Virus record (IMG/VR): IMGVR_UViG_3300048597_000634
Location: 124,001-188,000 of that record
DNA length: 64,000 bases
Direction: 5' to 3' (one strand)
Under the pieces are notes generated by a model, which ran no database searches, was not told the DNA's origin, and saw only the letters and a program-made list of their open reading frames with translations. Positions 27,496 to 36,873 of this stretch are shown here, in pieces; within the stretch, counting starts at the first letter, position 1, and every line of letters starts with the position of its first letter. The position numbers were made by a program, and so were the translations under genes.

Positions 27496-29766
27496 TTACT
27501 CGTAGTCCCTAAATGCTACACCAATAGGGAATCGTGGCAGACCATCATCTGTATAACCATGGTGCTTAATGGTTATTAAGGTTTGTGATTCCGGCGGGTT
27601 GTCATAAACTTCCTGCTTCTGTGCTACCGTGCCTTGCATTTTAGCCTTAAACACCAGACCAATACACGTCGAACACTCAGCTATTAGGTCTTCAACGCCC
27701 CGCTGCCCTAACAAGAACCTCTCAAAGACGAACTCATTGGTATCGTACTCCTTAACCTTCAGTAGGTTGCTAGACCGCTGCCCTTGGTCGTAAGTGCCAT
27801 TAAGGAGACGGATCATTACACCCTCGTAACCTTCGCTAACGTAGTGCATGTGAAGCTCCATCACTTCCTCCTTGTTGTCGCAGGTAGAGGTAGGTAGGGC
27901 TTTAACATGCTGCCAACTAATAGTGGATGTCAGGCGGCGCACCTCCAACTCCCGCTCTAGCTGCTTCTGATCGTTGACAATGTCGTAGACCCAGAACTCT
28001 AGCTGTAAGGATTGCTCTTGTTGTTTCTTAACAGCAGAGACAATCTCTTGGAAGGTTAGCTCTCTAGTGAATATCTCCCCGTCGAGGATGACAGGCTGGG
28101 TGAGCTTCTCTTCTAGTTCCTTTTTGATGTGCCCTAGCGTAGTGTACTTTTTGCCGGTGCGGGACAGGAAAGTAACGGTCTTACCGTCGAACACAGCCAG
28201 GGCTCTACAATTGTGAATAACAACGCCGTTAGCGACGTAGTTATGATTGTCTTCTACCTCTAGGTCGTACTTAGTGTATGGGGCAGAGCTACGCTTAGCT
28301 TTAGTTTTATGAAACTTACTCCAAGCGAACTCGTCTTTTGCGGCTTGCACGTAGTCTTCCGTAGGGAAGTAATATTTGTACTCTACTCCTTTACAATGGC
28401 ACTTCCGTAAACTGTTAAGTAAATAAAGAGTGTCTTTAGTGTTGAACTGTAGGAATATTCCAGAGCAATTAGTGGTGTCGACACGTTTATCCCGTATTTC
28501 TGTAGGCGTGCAATGCCACTTTTTCTGAAAGTATTCGACAAACACTTTTATCTGGTCGAGAGAGTGCTTATGTGTGGATATACTTAGCACCGGTGTGTTA
28601 GGGTTTCCGTTGTTAAAGCTTATACTTCCGTCATCTGCAATCCATAGACTTAGAGCTTCTGGGCTCATGTATTTACACATGTTATCGTATGTGATGTGCT
28701 TCCTGTGCCCTAGCCGCTTACAGTGCCCTGTAAAGTAGATTAACTCGATAGGAAAGTCTGTCTTACTTAATGCGACACTATCAAACCGATAGCCTTTAGA
28801 CCCATAACCTGTTGTGTATTCGGTACACCTACCATCTAAGTTTAGAGTCTTAACCTTAAAATCGAATAGCTCTTTATTGGTATGACTAAAAGCTAATCTG
28901 TAACTGGTACCGCTACCTCTTTTTTCTATGTTCATTATGCTATCCCCCAGTAAGGTGCCAAAGACAAGAGACGTTCTATACTCGGAGAAGCAATTTACGT
29001 AGATTAAATCTTCCTTCTCATTAAGGTCGCGAGCTTCTTTCCAGCCTTGGTTGGTAAAGTATTTATGGTTGGCAGTTGTCTTCAATCGTGTACCTGTAGG
29101 CAGAGTAACATCTAACCAATCTTTGTACTTAGAGCTTCCGTTATTAAACCAATTTGTTATGGGCTTGTACTCAAAGACCTTTTTGGCTTCGTTGTAAGAG
29201 AGCACTTCCACCTTCATTTTGGTCTCTACTATCTCTTCAATGCTTATTAGTCCTTTATTAGTAGAGACTAGAGTTTTACCGTAGACGCAGCCGTCCAATT
29301 TGGGCTGCACAAGGCAGCGGTACTTAACTTTATTCCACTTCACGGACTGGGCTAGCATTGGCTTCCGCATTCCGTTAGCGTCAGTGTTAAAGGTAGGTAG
29401 AGCGGCTTCTAAAGCATTCTTTAAATGCGAATAGAGAGTATTCTCGTAGGAGAAAGCTGACGCGGCTGTTCCTTCTACCCAAGAGATGCCTAGGTCTTCT
29501 AAAGACTTGTAGCCCTCGTCTTGCTTCTTCTTCCAGTCGCTGCGGGCTTCAGACTCGGCTTGTTGTTGGGGTGTCGTGGCGTTACTTCTGTTTAAGTTCT
29601 TACCTTCGCTAATGGTCTTGATGTTAACGAGGGGTTTGTCGGTGCCGTACTGTCCTGAGGTCTTGATGACCTGATACTCGTCGGAGCCGAGGACAGCTTC
29701 AGTCTCGATCTCCCAATAGGCTATAGATAGATTCTTTGTGCGCTTGTAAAGTATTGGTAGTTTCAT
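27496..29766 (-). CDS. lig: ATP-dependent DNA ligase, intein-containing
   Basis: PMLA, QPKLDG|CRA, LDGEI, YDI, GYEGVM, RS..LLKVK, PRFP. Confidence 0.9.
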   Translation of the reverse strand: MKLPILYKRTKNLSIAYWEIETEAVLGSDEYQVIKTSGQYGTDKPLVNIKTISEGKNLNRSNATTPQQQAESEARSDWKKKQDEGYKSLEDLGISWVEGTAASAFSYENTLYSHLKNALEAALPTFNTDANGMRKPMLAQSVKWNKVKYRCLVQPKLDGCVYGKTLVSTNKGLISIEEIVETKMKVEVLSYNEAKKVFEYKPITNWFNNGSSKYKDWLDVTLPTGTRLKTTANHKYFTNQGWKEARDLNEKEDLIYVNCFSEYRTSLVFGTLLGDSIMNIEKRGSGTSYRLAFSHTNKELFDFKVKTLNLDGRCTEYTTGYGSKGYRFDSVALSKTDFPIELIYFTGHCKRLGHRKHITYDNMCKYMSPEALSLWIADDGSISFNNGNPNTPVLSISTHKHSLDQIKVFVEYFQKKWHCTPTEIRDKRVDTTNCSGIFLQFNTKDTLYLLNSLRKCHCKGVEYKYYFPTEDYVQAAKDEFAWSKFHKTKAKRSSAPYTKYDLEVEDNHNYVANGVVIHNCRALAVFDGKTVTFLSRTGKKYTTLGHIKKELEEKLTQPVILDGEIFTRELTFQEIVSAVKKQQEQSLQLEFWVYDIVNDQKQLERELEVRRLTSTISWQHVKALPTSTCDNKEEVMELHMHYVSEGYEGVMIRLLNGTYDQGQRSSNLLKVKEYDTNEFVFERFLLGQRGVEDLIAECSTCIGLVFKAKMQGTVAQKQEVYDNPPESQTLITIKHHGYTDDGLPRFPIGVAFRDYE
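28210..29289 (-). mobile_element. Intein (360 aa) with LAGLIDADG homing endonuclease
   Basis: Starts CVYGKTLV and ends YDLEV..NHNYVANGVVIHN followed by Cys; GTLLGDS and LWIADDGS motifs. Confidence 0.92.
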
Positions 29767-30097
29767 GAAGGCTGGTTAAGTATGTAATGGTTAAAGCTAG
29801 ATGCTCTACTTCCTCTTTTGTCGGCTGACAGTTGTACAGTCTGAGTACGCCCTTGTAGAGTCTTATATCCGGCGGCAGCTTTAGTTTGGGCTTTTCTTTA
29901 TCAAGGCTGTGGAACCACCGTAAAGTCTCTCCGAGGTCTACTAGGATACTAGAGGTAGGCATATAGTAGATGTCAATCAGGTCACCGTCTGGGTAGGTGA
30001 ATGGGGTGCGTATACGGGTTAGAGGTCCGAAGACGCAGCACTTGTAGTCGGAACCCAATTCAGTCTGTATCTTGCTTGTAATCCTATCAAGTGCCAT
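29699..30097 (-). CDS. DUF1828-like protein
   Basis: IRTPF.YPDGD.IDIY...DLGETL.W. Confidence 0.6.
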   Translation of the reverse strand: MALDRITSKIQTELGSDYKCCVFGPLTRIRTPFTYPDGDLIDIYYMPTSSILVDLGETLRWFHSLDKEKPKLKLPPDIRLYKGVLRLYNCQPTKEEVEHLALTITYLTSLHETTNTLQAHKESIYSLLGDRD

Positions 30098-30137
30098 GTT
30101 GTTATTTGTAGTAAGAAAGGGTGCTTGGGGAGCTCTT

Positions 30138-30368
30138 CTAGGAACCTAGGACAGCTTCATGCTGTTGTTGTTGAAGTAGCTGGTACAAGTCGAATCTACA
30201 TACGTCCTTGTGGAAGTTGAAGATAGAATTTCGGCTTAGATGCGATTTGTGGTGTACATCTGGTCGACGCGCCTTAAGCTTTTTCAATGCGTCTAGAAGA
30301 ACGATGATCTCAAGACGATCTTTTACTTTTGCGGCTTTGATAGTCATAACCGTTTGTTTGGTGATCAT
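30138..30368 (-). CDS. MLTK-family small protein
   Basis: MITKQT. Confidence 0.55.
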   Translation of the reverse strand: MITKQTVMTIKAAKVKDRLEIIVLLDALKKLKARRPDVHHKSHLSRNSIFNFHKDVCRFDLYQLLQQQQHEAVLGS

Positions 30369-30622
30369 GGAAGTACTCTGAACTTGCTTTCTTTTAAGGC
30401 TCTAAGCGCATCTTCTGTAAATCGCTTAAACAGTCGATAAAGATAGAGGTTCACCTTATTAAGGTACATGTCGGCCTTATTGAACCCGCTATAGTCCCAG
30501 CTGTTTTTGTTAAGCGCAAAGTACTCTACAGCGCACAACTTCTTTCTTAACCTATCAATATCTTTTAGTCTCAGGCGGTTGGGCTTTCTAATGTAAACCT
30601 TGGCTAGTTGTTTGGTGAGCAT
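30365..30622 (-). CDS. MLTK-family small protein
   Basis: Internal MLTKQL. Confidence 0.55.
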   Translation of the reverse strand: MLTKQLAKVYIRKPNRLRLKDIDRLRKKLCAVEYFALNKNSWDYSGFNKADMYLNKVNLYLYRLFKRFTEDALRALKESKFRVLP

Positions 30623-30812
30623 CAATAGTCTTTGTGTAGGAGGCGATGCCTCTGAATATATCGTAGATATCGCTTCTTGCTTCGTGAACACTTGGGCTGA
30701 GCATCATATTCCCGAAGAGCTTTGCTCTTATCTCACCAATCTCTGAGACAAAGGAGCAATACATTGTCTCCGGGTCCTCCCTGGCCTTTTTAGCTATATG
30801 TTTACTCAACAT
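30588..30812 (-). CDS. MLTK-family small protein
   Basis: MLSKHI. Confidence 0.55.
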   Translation of the reverse strand: MLSKHIAKKAREDPETMYCSFVSEIGEIRAKLFGNMMLSPSVHEARSDIYDIFRGIASYTKTIDAHQTTSQGLH

Positions 30813-30996
30813 AGACTACTATCTCTCTAAGAGGGTTAGGGGCGCTTGAGTACTCGAAGGGACTGACTCTAGGCGGAGGGAGTTTGGAGAGGTAGTAGGT
30901 TCTTTTCTGCACTCGGCTTTTACCGTCTTCGTCAAGGTTTTCCCACCGACTGTAAGAGTAAAGTAGGTAATACTTCTGAGGCTCAGGCTTCGTCAT
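30802..30996 (-). CDS. Hypothetical protein
   Basis: 64 aa; stop lies in the next MLSK motif. Confidence 0.45.
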   Translation of the reverse strand: MTKPEPQKYYLLYSYSRWENLDEDGKSRVQKRTYYLSKLPPPRVSPFEYSSAPNPLREIVVYVE

Positions 30997-31384
30997 CTTT
31001 GTCCACTGTGTAGTCTGCTATACGGAATATCCCACGCTTGACTACATCTTTAACCCAAGCTTTGAGTTCTTCCTGTATCTGCTTTTCGCCTGCTTCTTCC
31101 GGGTCGGTATCCGTTGGGTAGCAGAAATCCACACCGAAGTTGTAGGTGTACTTGTAGGGCTTAACAGGCTCTTTTGGGCGCTCTTCTATCTTCTCTGTTA
31201 CGTCTTCCGGGCTCACCCCGTAGACCTCAGGAAGGACGGATAGAACTTTAATGGTGCAGCCTTTGGATAGGTCTAGCTGCTGGTGTAACTCGTCGACTCG
31301 GGCTTGAGCTTCGGTTAGGTTAGCAGCTTCAAACTCTACTTCGACGTGTTCCTCTCTTAGTCCGGTAACGGTATAGGTTGGCAT
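30983..31384 (-). CDS. Hypothetical acidic protein
   Basis: 133 aa ORF. Confidence 0.6.
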   Translation of the reverse strand: MPTYTVTGLREEHVEVEFEAANLTEAQARVDELHQQLDLSKGCTIKVLSVLPEVYGVSPEDVTEKIEERPKEPVKPYKYTYNFGVDFCYPTDTDPEEAGEKQIQEELKAWVKDVVKRGIFRIADYTVDKDDEA

Positions 31385-31581
31385 GATATAAAAAGTCCGT
31401 AGATGGGTAGGTTGTAGTGCATCTCTCTTATGTCTTCGACTATGTCGAATATCTCAGATGTTAGGTCGAACCCAAATCTTGAGTAGGTGGCTTCTTTAAG
31501 CTCATTGATTGGGCTTTTAAGCACAGTGTCTCTCCAAGAGGTTCTGACTTTAATGTTACTTAGTAGCTTTTTAGTTAGCAT
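31357..31581 (-). CDS. MLTK-family small protein
   Basis: MLTKKL. Confidence 0.55.
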   Translation of the reverse strand: MLTKKLLSNIKVRTSWRDTVLKSPINELKEATYSRFGFDLTSEIFDIVEDIREMHYNLPIYGLFISCQPIPLPD

Positions 31582-31610
31582 TTTGTCCTCTTAGAGGTCT
31601 TTAAAGAGAG

Positions 31611-31844
31611 TTAGCGGAAAGAATTGGTCCCGAACATCTTCGACGATGTCAAAGGTCTCTGGTGTTGAGATAGTTGTCTGTAGCGGTCTTTTATTAGCAA
31701 CCCGGCGTCGTAAATCTTTTTACTTACACACAGGTCTGAGTGAAGGCGCCTAAACAGACAGCTATATATCGGTCTAATTGTGACCTTAGGAGTCTTGATG
31801 TCTAAACGTTTAGGACATGACGCTGCGGTTTGCTTAGTCAGCAT
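31611..31844 (-). CDS. MLTK-family small protein
   Basis: MLTKQT. Confidence 0.55.
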   Translation of the reverse strand: MLTKQTAASCPKRLDIKTPKVTIRPIYSCLFRRLHSDLCVSKKIYDAGLLIKDRYRQLSQHQRPLTSSKMFGTNSFR

Positions 31845-32052
31845 TCTTCATTAACCCCGTTAACAACCCAACAGTTATTGGTCTGTAGAACACCCAACTA
31901 TGTCTGAAGTTTCTCTTGGATGACATGTCTATCGCCGGGCATCTTCTTTGCATTTTATCTTTAATGGTTAGGCGCACGGAAGTGTACTGGCGCAGTCCCC
32001 GGTACTCTTGGTAGACAAACCGGTCGCGCACTAACCTTTCTTTAGTTAACAT
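31834..32052 (-). CDS. MLTK-family small protein
   Basis: MLTKER; ends NAD* in the next motif. Confidence 0.55.
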   Translation of the reverse strand: MLTKERLVRDRFVYQEYRGLRQYTSVRLTIKDKMQRRCPAIDMSSKRNFRHSWVFYRPITVGLLTGLMKNAD

Positions 32053-32056
32053 TGTG

Positions 32057-32260
32057 TTAAAACCACCCCCTATATTTATCTTTGGTGATGACTAACGAGA
32101 TGGTGTAGAGCATTTCATTGATAAGCGGTAGGTTATGTTCATGGAGCTTCACCCTAAACACGTTCTTAGAGCTTATCGCCGCCCTAAGGTTTCTTTGCAA
32201 CCAACCAGTGTGGTTAATGACCCTTACTTTGCGGCCCTCAACGGTTTCTTTAGTTAACAC
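32057..32260 (-). CDS. MLTK-family small protein
   Basis: GTG-LTKET. Confidence 0.55.
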   Translation of the reverse strand: MLTKETVEGRKVRVINHTGWLQRNLRAAISSKNVFRVKLHEHNLPLINEMLYTISLVITKDKYRGWF

Positions 32261-32417
32261 TGTGTCCTCTTTTATTGCGGATGACCATGGATACTGCGTA
32301 GATCATGCGGTTAGTTGGCATTCTTCTATAAACGTTATTGCTGCTGACCGCCTCCCGTAGTTTGTAATTTACCTGTTTATCCTTCAACCTCTTCTGACCA
32401 AGGTTCTTCGTCAACAT
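32250..32417 (-). CDS. MLTK-family small protein
   Basis: MLTKNL; paralogue of 32057. Confidence 0.5.
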   Translation of the reverse strand: MLTKNLGQKRLKDKQVNYKLREAVSSNNVYRRMPTNRMIYAVSMVIRNKRGHSVN

Positions 32418-32643
32418 TTGTATAACCGTTATAAACATCTATAGCTTTAGTCAGGTCATCTCCTTGATATAGAGTGGTAGACCTCCGCTGATACCCTTCG
32501 GACTCTTCTACAAAATACCGACCATTGGCATCGTAGTGGAACGTAATGAGCTTATTATTTACACCAGTGGCGGCGGCGTATAGCCAGCGCCGGGTAGTGA
32601 TGTAATCAAGGACTTGCTCGGGCTTAAGGTTGGTCATTTCCAT
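32377..32643 (-). CDS. Hypothetical protein
   Basis: 88 aa ORF. Confidence 0.55.
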   Translation of the reverse strand: MEMTNLKPEQVLDYITTRRWLYAAATGVNNKLITFHYDANGRYFVEESEGYQRRSTTLYQGDDLTKAIDVYNGYTNVDEEPWSEEVEG

Positions 32644-32846
32644 TTGGTCAGATAATTGTTTAATAATCCGTCATTGTTTTGTAGAGTCCTACCTACTGAA
32701 TGGTTAATGTCTGGTGGCGTCAAGTACTCATCGTACTCTATATCAATATCAAGCTCTAGGCTCTGACTAATGCTAGAAATAAGGTTGTATAGTGCTTGGT
32801 CTATGCTTCGTTGATGGTTAGCACGGCACGGCGCTTTACTTAACAT
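32634..32846 (-). CDS. MLTK-family small protein
   Basis: MLSKAP. Confidence 0.5.
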   Translation of the reverse strand: MLSKAPCRANHQRSIDQALYNLISSISQSLELDIDIEYDEYLTPPDINHSVGRTLQNNDGLLNNYLTKWK

Positions 32847-32886
32847 GAGTGATTGTTGTTTTTAGACTTATTACATCTTAATCACT

Positions 32887-33081
32887 TCACCTTATTAGTC
32901 CACTATAAACATCCAAAATAAAACCTACTTCACTATCAAGCGAGTGGCTACTGCTGAGGATGCCATAGTGAGTATTACCCAAATGTAATGCGCGCTCCAA
33001 TGTCTGGTATTTAACCCACATAACGTCGTCTATAGGGCGACGCATAGACACTATGCTCCAGGTTGATCGTTTAGACAGCAT
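32887..33081 (-). CDS. MLTK-family small protein
   Basis: MLSKRS. Confidence 0.5.
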   Translation of the reverse strand: MLSKRSTWSIVSMRRPIDDVMWVKYQTLERALHLGNTHYGILSSSHSLDSEVGFILDVYSGLIR

Positions 33082-33208
33082 AAGCGCCGGCGATAGCCCA
33101 CCCTACGACCAAACACAAGGCTAGCTTTAGGTTAATGGGTAGTCTGTATTTAAAGAGCCAATACAGGGAAATGGCGCCGCCGGCCAGATAAATAAGTTGT
33201 TGGTTCAT
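33071..33208 (-). CDS. Small two-TM membrane protein (45 aa)
   Basis: Manual translation MNQQLIYLAGGAISLYWLF...LALCLVVGWAIAGAYAV. Confidence 0.45.
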   Translation of the reverse strand: MNQQLIYLAGGAISLYWLFKYRLPINLKLALCLVVGWAIAGAYAV

Positions 33209-33216
33209 GATGTATC

Positions 33217-33447
33217 TTAGATGTTCATGATCAAGTGGTTAAAGCAATCAACTGCGTTCTGGTGGCCACTGCCCAACATCAAAGCGTGGAACACAGTCCA
33301 CAGCTGTTCTTCGTTGTCGAACTGCAATGTATGACCGTTTTCTGTAAGAATCCAATGAGTAGTTGGCTCTGTATGTTTAGTGAACGTGCAACCTTTCTTC
33401 TCACATAGAAGTGTTATGATTCGTTCCATCGTTTCTAAGTCGTCCAT
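33217..33447 (-). CDS. Hypothetical protein
   Basis: 76 aa ORF. Confidence 0.5.
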   Translation of the reverse strand: MDDLETMERIITLLCEKKGCTFTKHTEPTTHWILTENGHTLQFDNEEQLWTVFHALMLGSGHQNAVDCFNHLIMNI

Positions 33448-33483
33448 GATTTTTAAAGGTAGGTTGTTGGTTAATAGTAATAG

Positions 33484-33511
33484 AAAAGCCTCTGCCGGTT
33501 AGGGCGAGGCT
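33484..33511 (-). terminator. Intrinsic terminator
   Basis: GC stem with CUAACC loop and U tail. Confidence 0.65.
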
Positions 33512-33552
33512 ATGCGGTTGAGTATAGGCGTGGCTATTAATGGTCTTTTTAC

Positions 33553-34233
33553 TTAGCGGGCGCCTTGATAGCTAAGCAAAGCTTCTAACTCTTCGATGCG
33601 ACGGTGGCTGATTTCTAGTTCCACTTCTAGGTTCTGCATTCTTATCATCTGGCTACGTAGATAGGACACTTCAGCTTCTAGTTCCTTATAGCTGGGCTTG
33701 GTCTCTGCTTCTTTCTTCTTAGCCTCCCGTGCAGCCTGGATTTCTTGCCAGTACAATTCACAGGTGAATGTATTTGGGTCAACGTCTGGGTTTTGTTGTA
33801 GCTTCCTCTTAAACCAAGAGACGATTTCTAAGGTACGGCTGAGACGATAAACGTGCTTGACTTGGAAGAAGTCAGGTATTTGTTGGAGCACTTCCCAGTT
33901 CTTAGCTAACATCATGGTTTTGGCGGCGTGGGATTCGCTGAAGTACTCTACCAAGTCCGGGTCTATTTCTCCCACTAGAGCTTCATAGATAAACTGGAAG
34001 TCTTTGAGCAAAGCCTTAAATGACGTATATTCCTTACCCTTAATTACCAAAGGGTGGGCAGTGCAGTATCCTTCTTGGCTGAATGTAGCTTGGGCTTCTA
34101 GTAGTAGCTGCCCGGCTATACTAGCTTTCTCCAGGTACTGCTTTCGTAAGTCTTGCGACTGCTTATAAAGGTTCATCGTCTTACCGTATTCAACTAAAAG
34201 CGAGCTTAGCTTCTGTGTTAGCATAATTGGCAT
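33553..34233 (-). CDS. Putative DNA-binding protein, paralogue family A (DUF3102-like helix plus coiled coil)
   Basis: LA.NW, RTL.I..W.K.K, DP.T.T...YW.E shared with 46474 and 54655. Confidence 0.65.
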   Translation of the reverse strand: MPIMLTQKLSSLLVEYGKTMNLYKQSQDLRKQYLEKASIAGQLLLEAQATFSQEGYCTAHPLVIKGKEYTSFKALLKDFQFIYEALVGEIDPDLVEYFSESHAAKTMMLAKNWEVLQQIPDFFQVKHVYRLSRTLEIVSWFKRKLQQNPDVDPNTFTCELYWQEIQAAREAKKKEAETKPSYKELEAEVSYLRSQMIRMQNLEVELEISHRRIEELEALLSYQGAR

Positions 34234-34250
34234 GAAAGATGTTGGTCACT

Positions 34251-34298
34251 AAAATCGATTCCGAGTGTGGAATCGATTTTCAATTTTAATTATAACAC
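34251..34298 (-). promoter_or_regulatory. Extended -10 promoter and 12 bp inverted repeat
   Basis: TGTTATAAT on the minus strand; AAAATCGATTCC-N6-GGAATCGATTTT at 34251-34280. Confidence 0.6.
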
Positions 34299-34394
34299 CT
34301 TAATTTCATGATTGGCGGCTAGAACGCCCTACAAGACGTCCCAGCCCCGCGCCGCAGTCAATGGGTTGGGCGGCGGCTAAAGCCCGTTTAAGGG

Positions 34395-34802
34395 CTAAAA
34401 GAGGCAGTCGCCAAATTTAGACGTTAGCGTATAGTCAATCCTGCCACTATTTTGAAGCTTTAAATGGAGTTGTAGGTACGCGTCTCCATTACTGGTAAAG
34501 CCGTCGAATATAATTTCTGAGGGTAAGAATAAATGCCACAACTCATCAAACCAAGGCGTTAGCTGTAGGAAGATTTGGTCGTGGTTTTCCATACGCCCTT
34601 TATACGGATGCCCGTCGGCTAAGTAATATATGTTGGTGGACCCACCGAAGTCAAACTCATGCTTCGTAATTAAGCGCAGTTCATCTACGTTGTGTTCGGT
34701 GAATAAAGAGATGAAGGTGGCTTTAGCCTGTTCGCCGTGTTCTTTATTTAGTAGAACCTCTAATCCTTTAGGGAATTGTATGTCGATTTTATTAACGTTC
34801 AT
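34395..34802 (-). CDS. Hypothetical protein
   Basis: 135 aa ORF. Confidence 0.6.
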   Translation of the reverse strand: MNVNKIDIQFPKGLEVLLNKEHGEQAKATFISLFTEHNVDELRLITKHEFDFGGSTNIYYLADGHPYKGRMENHDQIFLQLTPWFDELWHLFLPSEIIFDGFTSNGDAYLQLHLKLQNSGRIDYTLTSKFGDCLF

Positions 34803-34811
34803 GGTTGATTC

Positions 34812-35027
34812 CTATGTTTTTAGTTGTTGACGTGCCGCTGTTAAGAGTATCGCGGTTTGCATAGCCCTAGTTATGTGCCTTAATGGTCTATCTACAATCC
34901 AACGGAGGTTATAATGCATACGCAACTCTTTATTGGCTATGGCAGTTAACTCTTCTTCGAGAGCAATCAGCTGCTTGCCTTGGTTGAGCGCCGCCATACT
35001 ATTGGTTAATGTCTGTTTAGTGACCAT
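34812..35027 (-). CDS. MLTK-family small protein
   Basis: MVTKQT. Confidence 0.6.
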   Translation of the reverse strand: MVTKQTLTNSMAALNQGKQLIALEEELTAIANKELRMHYNLRWIVDRPLRHITRAMQTAILLTAARQQLKT

Positions 35028-35229
35028 AAAGTCCAGCTACCGGCATTGCGACTCGTGTGCCCCGGGTTATGTGTCTAAAGGGCCTGCTTATAACCCAACG
35101 CAGGTCATACAGTGATAATCGGTCTTCAAACGCGATAGAAGGTAGTGACCTTTCTAATATTGTCGGTAACTTAGATGGTCTTATTTTGGTGTTAGCTACC
35201 GTGTTGGTTAATGAATGTTTGGTAATCAT
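35017..35229 (-). CDS. MLTK-family small protein
   Basis: MITKHS; LRW..RP.RHITR shared with 34812. Confidence 0.6.
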   Translation of the reverse strand: MITKHSLTNTVANTKIRPSKLPTILERSLPSIAFEDRLSLYDLRWVISRPFRHITRGTRVAMPVAGLYGH

Positions 35230-35453
35230 AGTGGTAGCTGGCTGTTGATAAATCCTTTAAGGCGCCAATGTATTCTACTCATATGTGAAAGTGGTTTCTC
35301 AACAGCCCAAATAACATTAAAGCATGCTATGAGCTCGTCATAAGGCATCTCTTTGGGGTATAAGACAAATACTGGGACTTTTAGTGGTTCTTTTAAGACT
35401 GCAGGAAGTTCCCGAAGCCGCACGATATTAGTTAAAGATTGTTTAGTGATCAC
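35226..35453 (-). CDS. MLTK-family small protein
   Basis: MITKQS. Confidence 0.55.
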   Translation of the reverse strand: MITKQSLTNIVRLRELPAVLKEPLKVPVFVLYPKEMPYDELIACFNVIWAVEKPLSHMSRIHWRLKGFINSQLPL

Positions 35454-35617
35454 GGTAAAAAGGCTAAGGTGGCGTGCCGGGTCGGGTTTTCCAATACCAT
35501 GCAGAGAATTGTCAGCTCTATTGGGACTGTGTTATCTATCTTGTTAGCCAATAGGTCGGCTAAGTTTATTGGTCGTCCCGGCGGCTGGGTGTTAATTAAG
35601 CGCTGTTTGGTGACCAT
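35450..35617 (-). CDS. MLTK-family small protein
   Basis: MVTKQR. Confidence 0.5.
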   Translation of the reverse strand: MVTKQRLINTQPPGRPINLADLLANKIDNTVPIELTILCMVLENPTRHATLAFLP

Positions 35618-35619
35618 AG

Positions 35620-35829
35620 TTAGGAGTAGCGTTTCCTCCAAGCTACGTCTTTAAGCGGCTTTACATTGAGTACGGCTCTTTGTGTATGCTTGATAACTCC
35701 TTCTACTTCCCACCAAGGATTATGGCTCAGTATAGGCATAGCGCTCTTTAACCACCCTTTAATGATAATTGGCACTCGTGGTTTTGTATTTAGTTTGGTA
35801 GCGTATACGCCGTACTGTTTAATGATCAT
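35620..35829 (-). CDS. MLTK-family small protein (variant)
   Basis: MIIKQY. Confidence 0.5.
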   Translation of the reverse strand: MIIKQYGVYATKLNTKPRVPIIIKGWLKSAMPILSHNPWWEVEGVIKHTQRAVLNVKPLKDVAWRKRYS

Positions 35830-36026
35830 TGTCTTGGGTGCTGGTTTAGTGCGTGTCTTGTGCTGTAACTGACCATTTGATGGGTCATAGTCCTTTTTAT
35901 CACGGTGCGATGCACCACCATATAATAATCATAGGAATAACAGATTAAGTTGATCTCAGGGTTTATTTGCGAGCGCAAGTCAAATATTACGCTCTTTGAT
36001 CTTTTATGGTGTTGTTTTGTAAGCAC
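35826..36026 (-). CDS. MLTK-family small protein
   Basis: GTG-LTKQH. Confidence 0.5.
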   Translation of the reverse strand: MLTKQHHKRSKSVIFDLRSQINPEINLICYSYDYYMVVHRTVIKRTMTHQMVSYSTRHALNQHPRQ

Positions 36027-36029
36027 TTC

Positions 36030-36218
36030 TCGTCTCCGACAATACCAAGCAAATCTAACGTGTCTTCTATAGCAAACTCCAGCACCAAGAACTTACTGAT
36101 TACGTCTCTCTTAGCGGCGCTTGTACGCTTTAAAGTTGTGGGGGAGGCGCCGCCTTACTTCGTCACATATATTGTCTTGCTTGTCTATCAGTTTGGCTAA
36201 TGTCTGTTTGTTAATCAT
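36030..36218 (-). pseudogene. Frameshifted MLTK-family copy (MINK), paralogue of 36211-36429
   Basis: Stops at 36111; homology (AKRDV..FL.LEFAIEDTL) continues in another frame after a C5 run. Confidence 0.6.
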
Positions 36219-36429
36219 TTAACTTCAGTCTTATCCTAGGGCGTAAGCCCAACGCGTCTTCAATGCCTAACTCGATAGCCAGTAATGGTTCACTTATGTC
36301 CTGCTTAGCCAGCCCGATGGTGCCCATATATTCTTTGAGGGATTTGGCGTGGACTTGTGGGTTGGCAGTGTGCCACACAATATCTTCTTGCTTGTTTGTC
36401 AGCCTGGTTAGAGACCGTTTGGTAATCAT
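36211..36429 (-). CDS. MLTK-family small protein
   Basis: MITKRS. Confidence 0.6.
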   Translation of the reverse strand: MITKRSLTRLTNKQEDIVWHTANPQVHAKSLKEYMGTIGLAKQDISEPLLAIELGIEDALGLRPRIRLKLND

Positions 36430-36431
36430 AT

Positions 36432-36671
36432 TCAGCTAAAGAACTTAATCATTTGCGGTGACCGGTCTAAGCCTACAGCTATGGATAAACAGGGGTTAAC
36501 CACACGCCGCTTGGTAAAGACTCTGATTTGGTGGTATTTGTTGATGTAATCGGAGTCGTGAGTTTGTCTAACGCCGGCTAAGGCTTCTAACCCGCGGCGG
36601 AAGATGCAGCGCAGTTGGTCTTCTGGTTGGGGGCGGCGGTTATAAGTTGGTAGTTGATATTTGCTAATCAT
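36432..36671 (-). CDS. MLTK-family small protein
   Basis: MISKYQ. Confidence 0.5.
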   Translation of the reverse strand: MISKYQLPTYNRRPQPEDQLRCIFRRGLEALAGVRQTHDSDYINKYHQIRVFTKRRVVNPCLSIAVGLDRSPQMIKFFS

Positions 36672-36873
36672 ATCCCAGTCCATTTCTAATTGCTGTAGTG
36701 ATGGTTCCGTATGGTCTATAGACTGACTGCTTAACCTTAAAGCTCAAATAAGAATAACTGGTTATCCTGCGGTTCCCAACCACATCCGGGTGTGGCAGGG
36801 TTTTTACTTCGTAAGTTAAATCAATGACTGGACCATATTTTGTGTTTGAAGGTAAATGACGTCTTTTAATCAT
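36664..36873 (-). CDS. Small basic protein in the array
   Basis: MIKRRH; ATGA overlap. Confidence 0.45.
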   Translation of the reverse strand: MIKRRHLPSNTKYGPVIDLTYEVKTLPHPDVVGNRRITSYSYLSFKVKQSVYRPYGTITTAIRNGLGYD

